From positions 1 to 33,976 of the forward strand of contig JBLFWS010000018.1 of assembly GCA_047611865.1 (NCBI GenBank): 33,976 nucleotides of DNA, in the 5' to 3' direction. Below are positions 28,583-33,976 of this stretch, piece by piece (position 1 is the stretch's first letter; each line of letters begins with the position of its first letter). The stretch comes from Chlamydiales bacterium (GTDB lineage: Bacteria; Chlamydiota; Chlamydiia; Chlamydiales; JBDQID01). The notes under the pieces are model-generated. The model did no database searches. It saw nothing but the letters and a program-made list of their open reading frames with translations, and was not told the DNA's origin. A program made the position numbers and the translations under genes.

Positions 28583-29330
28583 CCTAAATTCCCGAAAAAA
28601 TGTAGCTAGGTCGTGCCTGAAAGCTGAATGTTTAGACTCGCCAAAATCTCTCGTTGAGGTTTTGTAACTTCGGTGAGGATATGGCCATATTTGCCTGAGT
28701 ACTTGATTTTCGTTAACGTATCCATTTCTTGTAATAGTTCACGCGCCGTATACCTTTCAATAAGATTTGACTTTCTCATCTCATTGCGCAATGCACTTAT
28801 ATAGATGAGAGCGATGAATTGAACAAACAGCCTACCATCAACGGTCGATGAATTGTGCATTCGAAGACGCTTCATGTCGATTTGATTCTTTAAATCATCA
28901 AAACACTTCTCTACCACATCTTTGTTACGGTAGATCTGTAGAGCCTCAACTGGATTTTTGATTCCACTGCTCAATAATACCTGAAAGCCTGCATAACGTT
29001 TAATGTACTGACTGACAGCTATCGTGTTAAACGAGACCTTCATTCCTCTTTTAGGTGTGGTCTTTATTATGAAGAACGTGTCGTAGGCTTCTTGATGGCT
29101 GCTAATCAGAGTTCCTGACTCTAATTCCTCCTTGTATCCCATCAACTCTTCATTGAATTGATCAACGGCATCCGCCCGCGCACGGGCATTGTAGTAAAGT
29201 TGTATGTAGCAACGCCGCTTACTCGTTCCCCATGAATACAGGTGCGAGTGAACATAAAGGATCTCATTATCAATCTTCCTATATCCCTCAGGCCCGTGGA
29301 TTGTCTCATAAATATCATCAATGACATGCT
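28583..29330 (-). mobile_element. IS1634-like element remnant (C-terminal part of the transposase plus one end)
   Basis: YAGFQVLLS, ALQIYRNKDVVEKCFDDLKN, RLRMH...DGRLFVQFIALI and TEVTKPQREIL; stop at 28606. Putative IR CCTAAATTCCCG at 28583. The first ~28 aa of ORF 28606-29415 are antisense Tn3 sequence. Confidence 0.8.
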
Positions 29331-32131
29331 GTACCCATTTATTGTTTATAAGGAAACCTATGCCCAACATCAGCGTTTGATTCTGGAGTACTTCGGCTAT
29401 AGCCCATTCGATCAATCTGTAAAGGTTTCCATCACCAGAGAGATTGAAGCTCTTGTTAGGGTTCAGTTTCGACCAAAGTTGGTATTGCTCGACAGTATTC
29501 AGATGCTGACACGCAAAAAGATCGCGATTCCAAGTTACAACGTGTTGGCTAATTTAATCATCGAAGCCATCAATCAACACCACGTTGAGCTTTGTGCGAT
29601 CGTAAATGATTATCTCGATAAAAATCAATACACTAAGCTCAACGATCTGTTGGAAAAGGAACCTGAAAACAGTTCTGACGAGGGCTGGCGCTATCGCCTT
29701 ACGTTACTAAAGAAGCCTTACCAATCCACGCAACCGTCGAAAATCAAAGCTAATCTGGCAGATCTAAATATCTTACAGACTCTCTACCATGACCTTATTC
29801 CAGTTGTGAAACGCCTAGACTTAAGTTACGAACGCATTCGATACTACGCCTACTCGGTCATCAAGGCACAGGTTCCACAGATCTCGCGCCGCACCAATGA
29901 AGACCGCTATCTGCACCTTATCGCCTTCGTTGTGTACCAAACATTCAGACTCAACGACACTTTGATAGATACGCTGTTGAGTGCTGTGCAAAACAGTAGT
30001 TAATACCGTGGAGAAAGATCAAAAAGAAACATATTTCCAGGAGAGAGAACAGCGCAACCAGTCTTTTTCAGTGCTCGTTGATGAGCTTCGGAAAAACGTT
30101 CATAATACACTTTCGGAAATCAGATATATCGTAGCTGATGGGCAGCTAGATAATGATCAGAAAATTTCTTTAATCAACACGAGATTAAATTCAGAAAATG
30201 GCAAGCCGCATCAGGTCGATAAGAAAATTGACGAGTTCAAAAAAAATGCAGTAAAACTTCAGAGATGTAATGGCTATTTTGCATTACTTGAGTCACGTTC
30301 CATTAAGTTGCAACACCGCGTCTCTGACATCATACGCCAAGTGCAGTTCGCACCAAATTGCAGTAAACCGGCATTGTGGAGTGCTTTGCAGTATTATCAG
30401 GAAAATGATGGTAACGTTAACAAAAACGCGCCTGTTGAATTTTTATCTATCGAATAACGATTTGAATTGACCGCTCAGGATGGAAAGTTCCGAATTTCAT
30501 TGTATAAGGCATTACTCTTTATCAAAATTGCTGAGGCTATCAAGTCTGGAGCATTGAATCTAATCCAATCAGAAAAATACCGCCCTCTCGACGAATACTT
30601 GATTCCAAAGGTTGATTGGGAAGCAAATCGTGACGAATATCTTCAACGAGCCAATCTCAGGGATTTTACCGACTGCAAGACCTCTTTAAAAACGCTTGAT
30701 CGAGAACTCGAGAGCAGTTACCAAAAAACCAACGAGAATTTTAAATCAGGCAAAAATCCATATCTGAAAATGCGAACCAACAATACCTTTCATGTGAGTA
30801 CACCTAAGCAAGAGGAAGTGGAATGTTTGTCTCTGGGAGATTTTTTTCCAGAACGAAAGTATATCTCTATGCTTGAGATGCTTGCAACAGTCGACCACGC
30901 TACGAATTTTCTCAACGAGTTTGAACACTGGCAGGTCAAATACCAACGCGCTAAACCAACCAAGAAAATTTTATTTGCCGGTATCATGGGATACGGCTGT
31001 GATATAGGTCACCGAAAACTGGCTCAGATTTCCAAACAGATCGATGAGGCTGAGCTGAATAATACGGTCAATTGGTATTTCTCACTCCAGAATATACAGA
31101 ACGCCAACGATCGCATCCTGCAATTTACTGATAGGATGAATTTACCGAACATATACCGTAGAGAATCCGATGTACTGCACACATCAAGTGATGGACAGAA
31201 ATTTGAAGTTGCTGTGGATTCCTTAAACGCCAATTATTCCTTTAAATACCTGGGAAAAGACAAAGGTGTCAGCGTGGTGACTTTCATCGATATGCGTAAC
31301 TTGATGTGGCACTCCACAGTGATAAGCTCCGCTGAAAGGGAAGCAGCCTATGTGATCGACGGTCTGATTCATAACGATGTAATAAAAAGTAACATAAATT
31401 CCACTGACACTCATGGGTATTCGGAAATTGTATTTGGAGCAACCCACCTCCTAGGATTTGAATTCGCTCCAAGAATAAAAGGCCTTAGTCGGCAGCATCT
31501 CTGTGCTTTCAAGAATCGTAAGCATTACGAGAAGAAAGGGTATGTGCTGCTACCAGACCGCTATATCCGCGAGTCTCTCATTGAGGACAAATGGGATGAA
31601 GTTCTACGCTTTATAGCGACCATCCAATTGAAGTTTACGACTGCCTCACAGCTCTTTAAACGTCTGAACTCCTACTCCCGGCAACACCCGCTTTACCGGG
31701 CCCTCAAAGAATTTGGCAAGATTCCAAAGACTCTCTTTATTTTGAAGTATCGTGACGATCACCAATTTAGGCAGGCAATCGAGAAACAACTTAATAAAGT
31801 GGAAGGATCCAATAAATTTTCCAAAGCTATTTCTTTCGGCCATAACCACGAGTTCATCCAAAGTGAGAAGGAGGACCAGGAAATTGCCGAAAGCTGCCGG
31901 CGATTGATTAAAAATGCAATCGTATGCTGGAACTACCTTTATCTCTCACGCAAAATTAACAAAGAGAAAAATGAGGAACGCAGGGCTGAACTGACAGAAT
32001 CGATTCGTAACGGATCGGCAGTAACCTGGAAACATTTCAATCTACATGGAGAATTCGATTTTTCGGATGAGAGAATGGTCGATTCGATAGGCTTGGCTCT
32101 TTCCAAAAATTCGGTTTTAAAACGAGACTGA
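29330..32131 (+). pseudogene. tnpA: Tn3-family transposase, 5'-truncated and disrupted
   Basis: SSDGQKF, NANYSFKY.G, EAAYVIDGL, STDTHGYSE..FGATHLLG..FAPRIK, ALKEFGKI.KT.FIL.Y, QLNKVE and NAIVCWNYLY. Frameshift at A4 29990-29993; in-frame TAA at 30455-30457. Left boundary approximate. Confidence 0.9.
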
Positions 32132-32198
32132 ATTTGGAAGGTTGTAAATGGGTACAATTACACGAGTTACCACAGTAGTTTGGAGGTTTACGCAAAAT

Positions 32199-32236
32199 CC
32201 TATGGGACTTTAGTGTCGTTTGTTTAAACTCACCCA
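32199..32236 (-). repeat. Putative right terminal IR of the Tn3-family element
   Basis: The minus strand reads (T)GGGTGAGTTTAAACAAACGACACTAAAGTCCCATAGG, about 38 bp, 70 bp after the tnpA stop and adjoining the kinase stop. No partner IR in the window. Confidence 0.45.
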
Positions 32237-32239
32237 TTA

Positions 32240-33715
32240 CTACTCGCCCAAAAATCCAGAGTGAAGAAAGGCGCGAACCTCTTCTCTTATAGGGGCGAGC
32301 TCTTGTTGTGCAACCCTTTCTCGAACTTCTGCTCTTTTTTTATTCTGGGCTTCTATTATAGGCTCAAACTCTGCCATCGCCAATTGAAGTTCTTCTAATT
32401 GCTGTAAAAGCTTATCGTCTACCGCCAGCCTTTCTCCTGAATCTTGATGTAGCATTTTCTTGATCAAACCTTTTAGACCATTTTCGATAGAGTATCCCCA
32501 ATTTCCTTCTCCCTTCTCTTCAAGATGTCTTGTTTGATGTACACTTGCATGAGCAGAAGCCCAAGCCATATTATTTGAGGGCTGAAAATAAGGACTACGA
32601 AAGATATCTGGAAGGACAGTGAAGAGAACTTCATACATTGTCATTCCTAGTGCATATCCGTCTGCTCTTTTGGGATTGCCAATAGATTTTCGCCTCCAAG
32701 CTTCAGGACAAATATGAGTAGGTGTTCCTTTTAGTGTAACGCGTTCTCCTGTGCGTGCTATAAAATCAAAATCTGTTACTTTTACTTGGTGGCCACAAAC
32801 CTTTCCATCAGCATCCCGAATAGGACAAATAACAATATTTTGAGGCTTAATATCTAGGTGCACGACACCTCTTTTGTGCATTTCCTTGATACTTTCAACT
32901 ACAGAGCACATAATTTTTATTCTTTCTGTAAGAGTCAAATGTGGACTTTCTTTTAAAAATTCATGTAAATCTTTGCCTTCCACGTAGGGCTGGAGAGTCT
33001 TCATTTTTAACGATCCGTTCTTTAGGTAGGTGATAACTCGAGTGTGTACAAACCCAGACAGCTCAGGTCTTGGCGAAGCCCCTTTACCAAAAAGGCTTTC
33101 TAAACAGCTCATAAATACATTAGGAGTTGGAGCACTTTTTTTGAAGGTTCCAAGAGCGACTCGATTGCCCGTGCCGCCTTGAGCTTCTTTTACGACTTTC
33201 ATTCCACCTTTACCAAGAATATTATCTCGATTTGTCGCCGATGTTTTGTGTTTTTTTCTAATTACCGTAAAACTACCATCTTCTTCTTTGGTTAAAATAA
33301 TAGAAGCTTTTAATTGATTATTTACATCAATAAAAGTTCCTTTTCCTAAGCAAACAGAATTAATCTTGCAGCAAGTATCATCTTCTTCGTAATCTACAAT
33401 TTCGCTTTCCTCTGGACAAAACGGAGACGTTTTTAAAAAAGCTCTTTCTTCGTAAACTCTTTTAAACTTAATCATCTGGTCAGGGTTATTCTCCAAGCAT
33501 TTAATAATTACCCTCCTTTCAGAATCATCACACTGAAGAACTCCCCCGAGATCTCTAGTAAATCCAATATCCTCATCAGAGAGTCCTCTCTCTATTGATG
33601 GCTCTGTCCCTGAAGGAGAGGTATCTACACTAATACCTGCTGTGGTGGGTAAGCTAAAAAAGCTTTCTGCAGTTTCAAACTGTTTAAAAGACATATTTAA
33701 TGACATAGTTAACAC
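32240..33715 (-). CDS. Eukaryotic-like Ser/Thr protein kinase with an N-terminal extension (start possibly 33706)
   Basis: LGKGGMKVV, VVHLDIKPQN, VKVTDFD, GTPTHICPE, DGYALG and the subdomain XI Arg (SGER). GAGGTG lies upstream of the ATG at 33706. Confidence 0.88.
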   Translation of the reverse strand: MLTMSLNMSFKQFETAESFFSLPTTAGISVDTSPSGTEPSIERGLSDEDIGFTRDLGGVLQCDDSERRVIIKCLENNPDQMIKFKRVYEERAFLKTSPFCPEESEIVDYEEDDTCCKINSVCLGKGTFIDVNNQLKASIILTKEEDGSFTVIRKKHKTSATNRDNILGKGGMKVVKEAQGGTGNRVALGTFKKSAPTPNVFMSCLESLFGKGASPRPELSGFVHTRVITYLKNGSLKMKTLQPYVEGKDLHEFLKESPHLTLTERIKIMCSVVESIKEMHKRGVVHLDIKPQNIVICPIRDADGKVCGHQVKVTDFDFIARTGERVTLKGTPTHICPEAWRRKSIGNPKRADGYALGMTMYEVLFTVLPDIFRSPYFQPSNNMAWASAHASVHQTRHLEEKGEGNWGYSIENGLKGLIKKMLHQDSGERLAVDDKLLQQLEELQLAMAEFEPIIEAQNKKRAEVRERVAQQELAPIREEVRAFLHSGFLGE

Positions 33716-33976
33716 CTCTGAATACTATCGTTATAGTTTCCAACTACCAACTTATTAGCATTAATTGTATACAAAGCATATTACCAAAATATTAAGAACA
33801 TATTTAGTTTATATTAATCCGAAAAATTACAAATCAGCAATAATTATATACCAGGCCCGGGCATAGAGTTTCAAATTTAGAGATCCATTGAATTGAAAGT
33901 TTATGACCGACAATAAAAAATATTGACTGTAAGATAGCAGTCGTGTTCCTCTTGGCTCTGATAAAAAAACAGAGGC

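Noticed and set aside
29242..29415. Genuine overlapping genes on opposite strands
   Set aside because: Each ORF simply reads through the deletion junction into the antisense strand of the other transposase.
27313..30457. Stop-codon reassignment suggested by in-frame TAG (27313) and TAA (30455)
   Set aside because: Both lie in mobile-element genes that also carry frameshifts, and intact genes in the window end normally at TAA, TAG and TGA.

Overview
This is probably a genome fragment from an environmental chlamydia (Chlamydiota); that is an inference from a CPAF-like S41 protease and many eukaryote-like, effector-type genes. The left half (1-17.5 kb) encodes a CPAF-like protease, a tandem NUDIX hydrolase, a DEDDh exonuclease-ASCH fusion, a C1B aminopeptidase, two U-box/RING proteins, a class-3 lipase and a two-gene nucleotide-sugar pair, plus two palindromic intergenic elements. 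The right half (17.7-32.2 kb) is a mobile-element-rich island. It holds an ISAs1 element and an intact three-gene cluster: a DyP peroxidase-glycyl radical enzyme fusion, a DNase II and a phospholipase C/phosphoesterase. It also holds a 175-bp Tn3-type MITE whose right 38-bp terminal repeat is split exactly by a group II intron with a matching EBS1, a decayed TPR (probably HEPN) gene, and truncated IS1634-like and Tn3 transposases joined back to back. A Ser/Thr kinase ends the window. I saw no rRNA, tRNA or CRISPR array. All family calls come from motif recognition by eye, not database searches.
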